Notes under the pieces: generated by a model | The model's input: the letters and a program-made list of their open reading frames with translations, nothing else | What the model was told of the DNA's origin: nothing | Databases searched by the model: none | Made by a program: the position numbers and the translations under genes | Shown here: positions 1 through 13,600 of the stretch, piece after piece | Layout of the letters: each line of letters opens with the position of its first letter | Numbering within the stretch: the first letter of the stretch is position 1 | Assembly: GCA_002269645.1 (NCBI GenBank) | Contig: NIVC01002193.1 | Span: 62,001-126,000, forward strand | Length of the DNA: 64,000 nucleotides | Direction: 5' to 3' | Origin: Macrostomum lignano | Lineage: Eukaryota

Positions 1-629
1 TATTTTAGCTATAATTAAATTTCTAAAATATTGACATCGCAAATGTAGATAGCAAAAGCTGCAAACTTATGGGGTATGTAATATTGTGAGCGATCATAGG
101 GTATAACAAATGGGTAAGCAAACCAACAACAATGTGATTGTCTACCGTCTACAGAAGCTGCAAATTTGAGTTGAGGCAGAAAGAAAGTTTCAATCGTCTT
201 GTTAATAGTGAAAGGGCCTGCCTGCCAGTTGTGACATTCAAAACGGAGTCCGAATAAATTAAAAAAATGTTTATTTCGCTTGTAAATAATTGCTGATATC
301 AAATCTCGGGGTCTCAGGGCCACTGATTTATATATAGGTAAATGATCAACTTTGTAACCCCAGGTCAGCGGGGGTGGGGGTGACAGTCTGGTGACACTTA
401 TCAATAGGCAACCCCAATGACGGGGCCATCAAACGAAATATTTCTATCCGGCGCCTGGGTGGCGTCAGACTTGCATAGTTTGAAGGGCTATAAAAAAAAA
501 TTATAAAATGTTGAGCACTGAGGTCACGGGTTGCCCCAGCTCTAGTTAGCTTTCGAAATACCGAATTGAGTTTTTGCTAATTATTCAATTAAAATAGCTA
601 ATTCACATAATAATATTAATAATAATTGA

Positions 630-916
630 TTACAGCTGCCTTAATAAGCAGATGTGCAACCGACAGCTCAGCCGCAGCTATTGCGCGGCGCATCTGAAGG
701 CTGCGTACGGCTGTTCAGTCCAAGGACTGGGGGGTCACCACACAAACCCTCAATTACCCCAGCTGATGCTGGCACCCATTTTACAGCTGGGAGAACTGAA
801 GCAATGCAGAGTTAAGTGTCTTGCTCAAGGACACAAATTGTTCCAGTGGGATCAGGAATCGAACCCCCGACCTTCAAGTCGTGAGTCCGACGCTCTAACC
901 ACTAGGCTGCAACCCC
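630..916 (-). mobile_element. tRNA-derived SINE with CORE-like central domain
   Basis: Minus strand reads GGGGTTGCAGCCTAGTGG (A box) ... GGTTCGATTCC (B box, 853-863), then TGTGTCCTTGAGCAAGACACTTAACTC...CAGCTGTAAAATGGG (775-835), which resembles the MIR/CORE consensus as recalled. The T-stem does not pair, so it is not a tRNA gene. 3' boundary approximate. Confidence 0.7.
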
Positions 917-1568
917 ACATGAAAACTAATTCACATGAAAACGATGTACATGCAGTGACAATGGTACAACGGACAATACACAAATTTTCATGTACACACA
1001 GATTTGCTCACCAAGTTGCAAAATTAATAAGATATAATAACAGCGATCTAAAGTTGGAAATAAATAGAACAAAAAACAGGTTATGAATTATGATTTCTCC
1101 TCCTGGTTAATAGATACATGGCAGTAAGCACACAAATTCATTGCCCGAATGAACAAATGTTTGCTGCACAATTGAACATGTTCTAGTTCCATTGCCCACA
1201 AGGCTCCACTGAGCCACTTGACGCAGCCAGACCGCAACAGACTGCAACTGTTGGCGAGGGAAAAAGCAGCCTATGAGCTGCGTTGCATAAATTCATTTCT
1301 GGCACCCTAAATAGCCTCCAACAGTTTAATAGCATGATTATAAGATTAAACATTAATGTACATCTATTGGCACTGCGTCTGCAGTGCTTCAAGCGCCTCA
1401 CAGGGTGCAGGAGGGGTGGCGAGGTGCGAAGTGAAGGCTAATAGGCGTGCAGAAACTAGCATTGAGACTGTAAAAAAGCGCGCAGATGTAGCAGGAGCAG
1501 CAATGTAGCAGCAGCAACAACAGCTAATAGGAAAGCCAAGCTCGCATTCAGTCGGTACTTCGCACTCT

Positions 1569-4500
1569 CTAGGAATAGACGCTGACCGACTTGCCGGCGT
1601 GAGACTCGTCGTTTCGCAACATCGTGGTTCGGTCGCTGTTGCTTCTGGGATCCTCTTTGCTTGCCGGGCTGCAGTGCGGAGGAAACGATAAACGACTGAT
1701 TGATAGGTCCTAGCCAGCAGGTCAAATGGAAAGTAAAACAGAGCGAAAAATATCAGTAGATTGTGGATTAGTAAATCTATTATGCTTTAATAACGAAAGC
1801 GAAGGGCAGAAAAATGCAGAGGAAAATTACCTACATGGTTCATTCGGAGTTACGAGCTCTTGCACTATCGGTACCTAATCGAAGCGCACATTTTTAAATA
1901 ACAATTAAATCTGCGATTTTCTGTCAATATTTATTGAATCTGTGTTTGGGAATGTTCAATACGGCCCTTATTGAATATTAAGCAACTTTTCTTTACCTTA
2001 GCGTAACCTCTCTATCTGGCTCTCGGGCCTTTGGAATTTCACAATAGCGATCCGGCCCGCTCAAGATTGTGTCTCGTCTCAGCTCCGTTCTGTCTGATCT
2101 CCTCTCTTCTCCTTTCTCTCCTCTTCTCTCCTCTCCTTTCTCCTCTCTCCTTTCTCTCCTCTCTCCTCTCTCTTCTCCTTTCTCTCCTCTCTCCTCTCCT
2201 CTCTCCTCTCCTCTCTCCTCTCTCCTCTCCTCTCTCCTCTCTCCTCTCCTCTCTCCTCTCTCCTCTCCTCTCTCCTCTCTCCTCTCTCCTCTCTCCTCTC
2301 CTCTCTCCTCTCCTCTCTCCTCTCCTCTCTCCTCTCTCCTCTCTCCTCTCCTCTCTCCTCTCTCCTCTCCTCTCTCCTCTCCTCTCTCCTCTCCTTTCTC
2401 CTCTCTCTTCTCCTTTCTCTCATCTCTCCTCTCTCTTCTCCTTTCTTTCCTCTCTCCTCTCCTTTCTCTCTTCTCTCCTCTCCTCTTCTCTCCTTTCCAC
2501 TCTTCTCCTCTCATTTCTCTCCTCTCCTCTCTCCTCTCTCCTCTCCTCTCTCCTCTCTCCTCTCCTCTCTCCTCTCTCCTCTCTCCTCTCTCCTCTCCTC
2601 TCTCCTCTCCTCTCTCCTCTCTCCTCTCCTCTCTCCTCTCTCCTCTCCTCTCTCCTCTCTCCTCTCCTCTCTCCTCTCTCCTCTCCTCTCTCCTCTCCTT
2701 TCTCCTCTCTCTTCTCCTTTCTCTCATCTCTCCTCTCTCTTCTCCTTTCTCTCATCTCTCCTCTCTCTTCTCCTTTCTTTCCTCTCTCCTCTCCTTTCTC
2801 TCTTCTCTCCTCTCCTCTTCTCTCCTTTCCACTCTTCTCCTCTCATTTCTCTCCTCTCTCCTCTCTCCTCTCTCCTCTCCTTTCTCTTCTCTCTCCTCTC
2901 CTTTCTCTTCTCTCTCCTCTCCTTTCTCTTCTCTCTCCTCTCCTTTCTCTTCTCTTTCCTCTCCTTTCTCTCCTCTCTCCTATGTCCTCTCTCCTCTCCT
3001 TTCTCTTCTCTCTCCTCTCTCCTTTCTCTCCTCTCCTCTCTCCTTTCTCTCCTCTCCTCTCTCCTTTCTCTCGTCTCTCCTCTCCTATTTCGTTTCTTCC
3101 CCTCCTCTCCTTTTTCCTATCTCTCTTCTTTCTTCTCTATTCCCTCTCCTCTCTCCCCTTCTCACAGCCATGCGCTAGGTTCTCTATCTGGCCTTTAAGG
3201 TAAAAAAAGTTGCCGGCCCCTGTACTGGACAAACCAGTGAATAATCATGAAATTTTGAAGTTTTATAAAATTTGACTTTAACGGTTAGCTCGTATCTGCG
3301 CCAGTTGGAAATAAGAAAATTTGCAACAGTTTTGTAGCAGAATTGTGGCTCCCTTTCCTAGATTGAGCACGGCTTGCCACACAGTCAGGCAGTCTTATCT
3401 TCAAAGACTGCCACCGCCCATCAAAATGCTCTTATTCGTATCTCCGGGGCAATCCTTAATTTCGCTATGCATTTAGTGACTCTTTTCAAAAACTCGAAAC
3501 AAAAAATCGCAATAAAACTGTTTCAAACCTCAACTTCAATTGGTTCTGTTAAATTAATCATATTAGCCTAATGTCATAAATCATCGAGTGCACGCGCCCC
3601 ACCGCACAGGGGGCAATCGGATGTGACCAAATCTTCTGGCAGTCTAAACAGCTCGAATGGCAAATCCAACATTCGGGATTGTGTTTGCTCACCGCCTTCC
3701 CCTTCTGTCTCTCTCTGGCTAGCCCGTGAGCTCGGCCCTGTTATCTTATCGCGAGTTCCGATCCTTCTAACTAATAGAATTGGGAGGCCGGGTGTAGTTG
3801 CTCAAAACGCTCCAAAAACGCTGCTTGTGCATTCATTGCATCTCCGCCTGGTAATGCAGAATTTTCAGAGTTTAGTCAGATAAAGCAGCTTTTCAAGCTT
3901 GAGAATATATATAACTCAAAACTGAAGCTAAAGAGGATTGAAAAAGAATTTAATAATATTACAAAGCGTTCTTCATGAATACTGATGCATTCATGGATGC
4001 TTAGGAACAGTGACTGTTGGAGGTAATTAATGAATGCTTAGGAACAGTGACTGTTGGAGGTAATTAATGAATGCTTAGGAACAGTGACTGTTGGAGGTAA
4101 TTAATGAATGCTTAGGAACAGTGACTGTTGGAGGTAATTAATAAATGCTTAGGAACAGTGACTGTTGGAGGTAATTAATAAATGCTTAGGAACAGTGACT
4201 GTTGGGGGTAATTAATGAATGCTTAGGAACAGTGACTGTTGGAGGTAATTAATGAATGCTTAGGAACAGTGACTGTTGGGGGTAATTAATGAATGCTTAG
4301 GAACAGTGACTGTTGGAGGGTATTCACGGATGCTAGTAAGAGTGACTATTGGAGGGTATTCACGGATGCTAGGAACAGTGACTATTGGAGGGTATTCACG
4401 GATGCTAGGAAGAGTGACTATTGGAGGGTATTCACGGATGCTAGGAAGAGTGACTATTGGAGGGTATTCACGGATGCTAGTAAGAGTGACTATTGGAGGG

Positions 4501-7500
4501 TATTCACGGATGCTAGGAACAGTGACTATTGGAGGGTATTCACGGATGCTAGGAAGAGTGACTATTGGAGGGTATTCACGGATGCTAGGAACAGTGACTA
4601 TTGGAGGGTATTCACGGATGCTAGGAACAGTGACTATTGGAGGGTATTCACGGATGCTAGGAACAATGACTGTTGGAGGGTATTCACGGATGCTAGGAAC
4701 AATGACTGTTGGAGGGTATTCACGGATGCTAGGAACAGTGACTATTGGAGGGTATTCACGGATGCTAGGAACAATGACTGTTGGAGGCTATTCACGGATG
4801 CTAGGAATAACTGTTGGAGGGTATTCACGGATGCTAGGAATAACTGTTGGAGGGTATTCACGGATGCTAGGAACAGTGACTGTTGGAGGGTATTCATGGA
4901 TGCTAGGAACAGTGACTGTTGGAGGGTATTCACGGATGCTAGGAATAACTGTTGGAGGGTATTCACGGATGCTAGGAATAACTGTTGGAGGGTATTCACG
5001 GATGCTATGAATAACTGTTGGAGGGTATTCACGGATGCTAGGAACAGTGACTATTGAAGGGTATTCACGGATGCTATGAATAACTGTTGGAGGGTATTCA
5101 CGGATGCTAGGAACAATGACTGTTGGAGGGTTTTCACGGACAACGAGAGCCGAAGGACGCTATAGTTTGAGAATCTTAAAAAATAAGGCAGAGTCCACCC
5201 CAAAGTGATAATTAAACTATCACTAATTAATTGTCTGAGAGAGTATAGGGTACAGTGGAGTCTGCTGCTGGTTTATACTGTAATTCATTCTATGCTATTA
5301 ATCTTGACTTCATCCAGAGGACCCAGCGTGGTGTGGTGAGCACAGCAAGATGCAGTGCTGGCAAACTATTTGCCTGTAAGCTGAACTTCCTGTCACCAAC
5401 TAGAGAGGAAGGAGAGCAAAGCGGGGCACCGATCCAAACTGCGCAGAAGTCGCAGAAACGAAACAAATCTGATACGAGATTTAAAAAAACGACGCATTCG
5501 CAGGCGTGCAATTTTTCATTAGAGACGCATTCTTTAGCTGCACCAAATTTGCTGGATAATGCACAAGAAAAACGAAATAAACTGGTACTACCAAGTACCC
5601 AGTAGTTGTCTCGAGGTGCTTTGATGATGCTGGCATTAGTATATAGTTAAACACCACACCACGCAACCAGTGACTGGTTTAAAACTGTGCAAAATGAGGA
5701 AGAAACCACGACAATAAGAGCTAACTACAGAGACAAGAAACTTAGTTAACACAGAGCAGAGGTCAAAAATGCAACAGGTCTCGTTCATAGCAACACCCAC
5801 AGTGTACTTGCACGGACACAAAAGTGCAAATGCTAAAACTAACAGCTTTAGAAATGAAAACTGATGCGTCAGGCGTTATACCTCAGCACTGAGTAGCCGT
5901 TCATTTGCATTACGGGATTGTCTTCCCACGGCGATAGCCTACAGAATAAAAATGAAGTCGATAAATTGTGCTCAGTTGCGTCACCGTTGGTGTTCTGCTC
6001 TCCAGATGCGGAACCAAAGAATGCTCAAATATAGAGGGGAACTACGTTTCTTGGAAAATTTTAGGGGGCAGGCTTTACCGAAAAAATACACTAGAGAGAT
6101 TGTAGGTTTTCTTTTTCAGCACAAAAATGTGGAGGCAGACCCAATGTTCATCTTTCGATGTGTTTAGCACAATTTTCGTGCTGAAAAACCTCCCATCTCC
6201 GTAATGTACACTGTTTCTAAGAATTCCAAAATTTTCTAAGAAACGTAGTTTCCCGTCCTTGTACTTGAGTAGTCCTTCATACGACCAAGCATGACAGATT
6301 CACTAATACTCGTATGGGAAGCTTGGAAGCTTAAAAAACAAAGCCTCTTATATCAGTAAAAGCAAAGACAGAGAAAATCTTCCTTACAATCAATCACTGG
6401 AACTGTACGCAAACTTCACATTCTTGTCTTACATTGAGGACAGCAGGAGTCTGTTGTCTCAGCTTCGATTCGCCAGCGGGAACTTCATCAGCCATGAGTT
6501 CTCACGCCCTTTCACCACCAAGCAAACAAGTCAAGAGTTTTTACTTTAGTCGGTTACCACGTGAAAGAAACCATTCTTAAATTTGCGAACTTGAAGCTTT
6601 ACAACGTGCTAGGAGGACCTGCCGTCGGACCAACTGCGCAAAAACCAATTTCAATTTTCGGCTTTTTTCATATTAGCGATTCCTTTTTTTAATCAGGGAA
6701 CACCAGGTTTTGGTCGCATTTCTGTCACTATGATGTATTACTAAGGGCAAAGTGCTTTAAAAAATATCTTAATCCTTGTAAGCATGTGGTGAGATCATCT
6801 ACTAGATATCTATCTATGGAGAAACTGCGCATTTATTGACATCATTTGGCTGTCTTCTCTAAATAGAAAATCAAATTTGCATTTTGCCGATAGGGGCATT
6901 CTGAAACAAACTTTTGTACCCATGGAAACATTTTTACACCATCACTTGAGTGCTGAATGGTTGCTGAAATATCTTCTGAATTCGGTTCCCGCTTTTCTAA
7001 AGCTGAAGGACTCTCGCTGCCAATTGTGCCAACCTCATCTGAGGCTGGCATCTGGCATTAGAGGTCGGCAAACCCCGGCCTGCGGGTCACGTGCCCTCTT
7101 TATCCGACCCCCAGGTCCTCTGAAACTTCACAATAGCAATCCTGCCTGCTGAGGGTTTGTCTCTGTCAGCTCTCCTCTCCCTTCTATCCACTCCCTTCTC
7201 TCCTCTCCCTTCTTTCCTCTCCTTTCTCTCCTCTCCCTTCTCTCCTCTCATTTCTCTCCTCTCTCCTCTCTCCTCTTCTCCTTCTCCCCCTCTCCTCTAC
7301 TCTTCTCTATTCCATCTTCTCTCTCCCCTCCTCTATGGTCTATAGTCAATTATCTATGGTCAATTCTAGAGAGCCCTAACCATAGATATTTCAAGCTTCC
7401 ATTTACCTCAGCTGTCTACAGAGCCCTAGCCACAGACATTCCAAGCTTCCATTTACCTCAGCTGTCTACAGAGCCCTAGCCACAGACATTCCAAGCTTCC

Positions 7501-10500
7501 ATTTACCTCAGCTGTCTACAGAGCCCTAGCCACAGACATTCCAAGCTTCCATTAGACTCAACTGTCTATGAACAATTCTACAGAGCCCTAACCATAGACA
7601 TTCCAAGCAGCCAGTCACTCACGTGTACTTGACTTTGTCTCGATCATTCTGCCGGCCGGCTCGCTTCTTCAGCTGGCAGCAGAGCACCAGCAGCAGGACG
7701 GCCACGATCAGCGTCACCACGATGGCAACGATGATGGCCAGGAGGGAGGCGCCCGCCTCACCGGGTGGACTGTCCGGTTTTTGGCCGCCGCTGCCCTTTT
7801 CGCCGCCCTCCGGTGGTTCAATGCCGCCGTCCGTGTCGCAGGGGTTGTATTTGCGAAAGGCTTCAACAACGCGCAGGCCCGCCAGGTGCTTCGGAGTGAC
7901 GCATCTGTGAAGCAGATTGATTAGAACAATTTGCTGCTTTCATTTTTGGACTCATTTGTCGGTCCTTGCGGAAATCGTATTTTTTTATTATTGTGGTACG
8001 AGCTACATTAAAATATATGCACTATTTTTGAGAATCTTGCTATTATCCAAATAGTTGATGGCGAGACTTCGCTGAGACTGGACCCGAGGAGGTAAAGTGC
8101 ACGGACAAGGCGAAGTAATACGATGCATTGGCGCAGATTGAGTTACCGAATCCCCAATGGGAGGATTAGCAAACTCCGAACTCGTTGGGAAGCTATAATT
8201 TTCCAGCTGGCCTGACTTAATCCACTTCTTCGCGTTCAGTGGCTAATGAGGCTGTCTATATGAGCCCACATCTAGCTTCAACTGTGCTCACAGGGACACT
8301 CAAAGTGTAATTTCGTGTTGCTACTCACTTGAGTCAACTTGGCGCACAAATCTTACAGGAGAAATCCATTTGATAGATTGTGCTAAGAGTTTATCTAACT
8401 GAATCGCATAATAAAGCATAAATGCTGAACAAAACTGGTCGGGTCATGACCTCTCGCTCATAGAAGTTGGGGTGTGGTTTTAATAAAACTTCTTTTCTCC
8501 CCAATCCACACAGTCCCTTGCCGGTGCTTAGCCAGCGATACTCAACCAGCTCTACAGCCCTCCTCCCAAGCGTGTTGCCAAGGCGCCCTCAGCAGCCTTA
8601 GCCGTTTAATACCGCATGAATAATTTCTGCCGAGAGATACTTGAATTTCAGCCTCGCCCAGCCCAGCCATTTCAGGCTGGCAGTGAATAAACAGTTCATC
8701 CGCACTATTTTGGATTCTTTGGCTAAAATGAAGCCACTTGCGCTTTCAAGCAGAACTGGCGCTAATTGCACATTTTCTGCAAATGCATCGTTTCTGCTGG
8801 TAATCGAGCTATTAAAACAGGCCCCTATATTTTACTTTGTTACTTGGATTTGATTACGTTACTTACTTCGTAAGCGGCAAAAAGAGGCTTTGAGAGAAGA
8901 GCATAAAAACTAGAAGTTTCCTTGCTAATAAGAAGGATTTTTGGCACTAGAGGAGCCAATAGTCAGCTATTGCGAGGTTTAGCCAAGCTGTTTTTTGAGA
9001 CTCGCAGATCTTCGAGCCCCTTAATCGGTGTAACAATGTGACTAAGTAAAGCCTTGAATGCATATTTCATAGATAGATTTTATTCAGCTGACATGGACAA
9101 CTGAAGTAGAAGGACACCAAACTCGCTTTTCTTTGAAACGAGCTGGAGGCCGGAGCCATAGACAAATTCGGTCGATACGACAACGACAACGAATGTAAAA
9201 ATGTCGAAATGTCGAAACGACAAGTACGCGTTCCTTATCGGCCTCCAGCCTTTCCTTTCCAGCCAGCCACTCTCCTTAACACGATTTTTCAGTATCAAAT
9301 CCCTCAATGCATGCAGCCAAGGTGTTCTAATATATAAAAAACCTATCAGAAATACATCTGCAGAAGTGCAAACACTCACTTTGGATCGTCGTTTCTGTAA
9401 ACCGCCTGAACTTGAGTGTCTTCCGAGGCGAGCCATTTGAGTTCGCAGCCGCAGTGCAGTGGATTGCCGCCAAGTTTGACCTCAAAGTGATCCGAATCGA
9501 AGTACGCGCGCCGTTCGGAACAAATGGTACGAAACGTATGAGGTTGTTGCTCAAGTCTACCAGGTTCAGACGGCTTAAGATGCTTCCATTGGCAACGCGA
9601 GACCAGGAACCCGGCAGCTGCTTGATGGACGCATTGACCAGACTGAGCGAGACCAACTTTCCAGACGCGTAGATTAGCCGAGAGAAATTCACTTTGTCCA
9701 GTCGACAATTTCGCACCTCCAACGTGGTCAGCTCCACGCCTGAGATTGGCACCAGAGGCAAATCTTCAATGTCGGTGTCCCGCAGGCTCAGATCGTTCAC
9801 GCGCAGGATATTCTGCAGCAAGCTGCTGGAGGCGCCCGGCGGCAGCTTGCACCGCCGCAGCTGCACACTGTAGGGCTTGGCGTCGCGCAGAAAGTCTCGG
9901 CCAAGAGAATCAGACAGCTCCAAGCCGGATAGGACCAGATGGGCGGGGCGGATCCGGCCTAATCTGGCCTGCTGCCAACCAGATTTGACGGTAATGCTCA
10001 TGTTCTTTTTCAGCGTGATTTCGTTGACGTTTAGCATAACGTCCTTCTGAGCAACCGATTGGCTGATAGTCATCTGACTAGCGGTAATGTTTCCAATGGT
10101 TGTCTGCTGGCACCACTTGCAGTCGATGAACTGCAGCTCGTTAATCTGGCTGGTGCTGAATGCTCGACCCAGGTCTGAGCAAGCGAAGCCTTTAAACTTG
10201 CACTCCTGAAATGACACACTACCGGTATTGTGTAGCCACTTTTTAAAGAATTCACTCCTCATTTCGGCTATGTCGCACTGCCGCAGCTGCAATTTGGTCA
10301 GGAGTTGCTCAGGCGCGACGTCTCGCGGCTTCGGGAACTGCAGGTGAACGTTTATAAAGTGCAGTTCGAAATACCTAGGAGCTTCATTCCAAGATTCTTT
10401 GCTACGTTGCAGGATGCGTTCAATGTTGCCCTCCTCCAGAGTCACGTGGAGTCCTTTGTCGGGCGAACATAACACTTTCACTTCACGGTCAAAGGGAAGA

Positions 10501-10634
10501 CCAGACGATGTCAGGTTGCAGTTGACGGGTCCAATGCTAAATACATGTGCGACGGTTTCGCAGTCGGCGCAGTAGCAGAGGCAGGCGATTGCCATTAGAT
10601 TAAGGTAGGTAGCTCTCGATTGCAGCCACGCCAT
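1569..10634 (-). CDS. Leucine-rich-repeat single-pass membrane protein (signal peptide, LRRs, LRRCT, TM, short tail); one apparent 1-nt deletion
   Basis: Exon 1 10634-9380: LRRs such as LTTLEVRNCRL and LNLVDLSNNLIRFVP, a frame change at ~9503-9512 into GGNPLHCGCELKWL...DDPK, then a GTGAGT donor. Exon 2 7904-7623: acceptor CTTCACAG, CVTPKHLAG completes the LRRCT, TM LLAIIVAIVVTLIVAVLLLVLCC, GTGAGT donor. Probable exon 3 1668-1569: phase-compatible, PASKEDPR...SVSVYS*. Exon 3 is less certain than exons 1 and 2. Confidence 0.8.
2000..3222 (+). mobile_element. hAT-like non-autonomous element carrying a ~1.07-kb (CTCTC)n tract (2095-3165)
   Basis: Right end AAAAAAGTTGCCGGCCCCTG. Left flank (TCTCTATCTGGC..TCGGGCC..TTGGAATTTCACAATAGC..CCGGCCCGCTCAAG) is shared with the flanks of the CT tracts at 7.1, 33.4 and 43.2 kb. 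Confidence 0.6.
3996..5140 (+). repeat. Minisatellite with 37-, 36- and 33-bp unit variants
   Basis: Units AATGCTTAGGAACAGTGACTGTTGGAGGTAATTAATG (37), GATGCTAGGAACAGTGACTATTGGAGGGTATTCACG (36) and GATGCTAGGAATAACTGTTGGAGGGTATTCACG (33). Confidence 0.95.
6037..6254. repeat. Fold-back / MITE-like inverted repeat
   Basis: GGGAACTACGTTTCTTGGAAAATTTT (6037-6062) is a near-perfect reverse complement of AAAATTTTCTAAGAAACGTAGTTTCCC (6228-6254). Confidence 0.6.
7055..7345 (+). mobile_element. Partial hAT-like element (left end plus CT tract)
   Basis: TAGAGGTCGGCAAACCCCGGCCTGCGG...GAAACTTCACAATAGC followed by a CT-rich tract; same family as 2000-3222. Confidence 0.5.
7366..7610 (+). repeat. 50-bp tandem repeat (~4-5 copies) abutting the LRR exon-2 donor
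   Basis: Unit CTACAGAGCCCTAGCCACAGACATTCCAAGCTTCCATTTACCTCAGCTGT. Confidence 0.9.
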
Positions 10635-13600
10635 CTTTCGTCAATGTTCAATAGTACGTGTTTCCTTCGGAAGAGGACTTTTGTCGATGCACTTTTCCAG
10701 TCTGTTGTTGCTCCTATCTTATTTCTTGGAGGAGTGCGGGGAAGAGCTGGAAACTAAAGGAGAATTGAAGGGGAGGGAGACAGAGAGAGCAAACTGTGCA
10801 CGTCGGAGACGTTGGGACGTGGGAGAAACGAGCGAAACTTTTAGGCCGGCCGACTGAAGGCGGCACGAGTGGTCAGGGCGGAGGGAGCGAAGTGGACGAG
10901 AGCGACAGAAACAGAGGGGAGAGTCTACTGAAGTGTGAGTTTCCTAATTCTCTGCTGGTTCAGAGGCCTGCGAGTTGGAGAGGCAGGGAAGCGGGACAGA
11001 AGTAAGAGAGTAGCAAGGAGAGAGAGAGGCCTTGAGCTGAACTGAGATGCCGGAGCAGAACAAGTGAGAGAGTCGGGTAGGAGCGCCTTGTGTTTCTTAC
11101 CCTTTAGCAGCCCCTCGCGGCCGCCTCTCTGTCCGCCCCAGCTCCTGTGCCATTGCTCAGAGCATATCGACCAATTATCGGTCGCCTCCAGGCCTTCCCA
11201 ACCCCGCCTCTTCCCCTCCTTGCCTTGCTAAACTTTTGGAAGATAAGTTTGGATAGATGCATTCAACCAGTCTACTGAGAGTAGAAGGAAGAGTTTAAAG
11301 TTATAAATGTGAATGTTTCAGGGAACACGGCCTACCATATACGTTGGATGCTAAGTTCAACCCTGCAATTGTTCGACACGTGATATAGGAGTGCTCTCAA
11401 AAGCTTTCATAAGCTATTTTGGTAAATTTGCGATAAGGGTGGCAGAAAATAACAGTCGCGCGAAAAGTTGCAACTCAAGCACCGACCCGAGCTGAACCTT
11501 CAGGGTTATTTCCTATTGCCAAAACTATCGCGTGCTCAGTGCCAAAATTATTCAAAGTCCCGCAAGCAAAACAAATTCAAAAGCAGAAATTCAGAAATTG
11601 AATAATAACTAGTTTATTTAGTTTCAGCGTGTGCTTGAAAATTTTAATGCTGAATTGCATTTTACAAATATATGTTTTGCTGACGCATCTCTCTACTATC
11701 ACAGTGTTAGCCTTCCGTTTCAAATTTAGCTCGCTAAAATTGACATAAGCCAATTTTCACCGCATCTGACGTGTGCCAGCGATGGCTTGGAGATACGTCA
11801 GTGGAGGGGGCCGGACACTGTATAACACATGCATGCAGATCAGCTGCTGATCATGTATGTCATAAAACAGTAACTTTAGCTTAATGGAAAGCAGTTTTGA
11901 CCTGAAATTTACGGTTATTACACTGAAATTAGGAAACAAAAAGTTAATGGTTTTACTACATGTACATGTATATGTAATGCTTACATTAAATGTACATGTA
12001 ACGATTAAAAATGATCTCTTCTTGCTACTAACTAAAGTAGGCCAAATAGATTTTTTAACAGTTTAGTCATGTCTTTTGTTTGACAATTGATCGAATGTAC
12101 CATCAGATGCATGACTCGAATCTGGTGGCGCTTTTGGCTTACTGCCTGACAAACTGTGCGACCATACATGTAATTGCAGAAGGCAAATGACTTTCTCTTT
12201 ACAGAGAACCCTTCCAGTGTTTATTTGAGTACTTCTAAGTGTTACTATGGGCAATCGTTGGTCTTGCATCGAAATGTACATGTACGAAAATTTTTACATG
12301 TAATTGAAGTACAAGAACTGCGCGCATGTACCTAATTTATGCATGTACATGTCGATGTACATGTACGTGTAGCTAACTCAAAGTGGCATCTTAGCAATTC
12401 ATTAACACAGTTCCAAGTAGGCCCAACTAGGCGGGCGGAGTCAGGACATGATCACGATTTTAAAGCTTCTGTTTTACATACATATACGTACATGTACATG
12501 CATACATGTAATAAGATGCATAAATATGCGCCTTTTCGAAATGTCGATCATTTGAAATTCGTATGTACAACTACTTTCAGAAAGTAAGCTTCGTTTTCCA
12601 TGAATTAATCAATTCACCCACACTACAGGTCCGTTTCTGTGGGTAAATCAACAAAGTTAGATGGCAAATATACAGTATTGTCTTCGAGTCAATAACATAT
12701 GTTCAAGAAGCAAGACAAAATCTAAACATAAGGCCACCACTGCATTCAGTAGTAGTTACATAAATAGTAACATACTATGTACAGTATATATGTAGTTTAC
12801 ATGTAGTATATACTGCTGTATATAGTAGACAGTGGTCCTCGGTTCGATTTTGTCTGCTTCATGTCAACATCCGTATTATAATACAACTACTCATTAATTT
12901 ACAATTACAGAGAAAAAACTTATAATAATCTATAAACAGACAAAAAAAGTTTTTTTGCTTAAAAGGGTGTCTTACGTAGATATTAACCGCTCCATACTTG
13001 TATCCTCGCATCAAATAAAATTTGTTTTTCTTTGTAATTAAAGTTAAAATAAATTGCTTTGATTGTAAAAATTTCTGCGAAATCAACGGTCAGATTAGTT
13101 GTTTTTTAGTTGTTGAAACCCTCCTGACTGAGGCCAGGAGGGTTTGATTTCTCATTAATGTATCCTTTGTATGTTAATTTTCACCAGCACTTTTCACTTT
13201 TGTTTTTTTTGTTTTCATCTTAAGTTTATAGTATACACTAAATTATCTATTCCGAAAAGGTAGTCCAGAAATACCAATTTGGAGTGGTCAGTGGAAAGCC
13301 TTTATCAGGAACTTTTCTCTTTTCTAGGGAATATTGGTACTTAATAATGAAGATGAAGTAAAAGAGCTGTATCAAAGGATACTTAGCAAATAAAATAAAT
13401 GGAGCAATGCAAAATAGCATATATCATAATATGCTTGAAAAGTGACAATCCTTGTTAAATTGTATCTTAGTTATAGTATCTAGCTTAAAAACTTATAGCT
13501 ATGCATTGCATAGATACATCAATTTGTAGCACCCCTTAAGCCTACCACTATGACTTCACAACTAGTGTATAAAAATCCTGAATTATTGTATAAAAGTATT

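Noticed and set aside
845-916. Possible tRNA-Val(CAC) gene
   Set aside because: The T-stem and acceptor stem do not pair, and the sequence runs into a SINE body.
6433-6495. Minus-strand mini-exon MADEVPAGESKLRQQTPAVLN followed by GTAAG
   Set aside because: No convincing phase-0 downstream exon was found, and it does not fit the LRR gene phases; it remains unresolved.
11900-12830. TACATGTA-rich stretch as a regulatory array
   Set aside because: Irregularly spaced low-complexity motif with no defined unit or boundaries.
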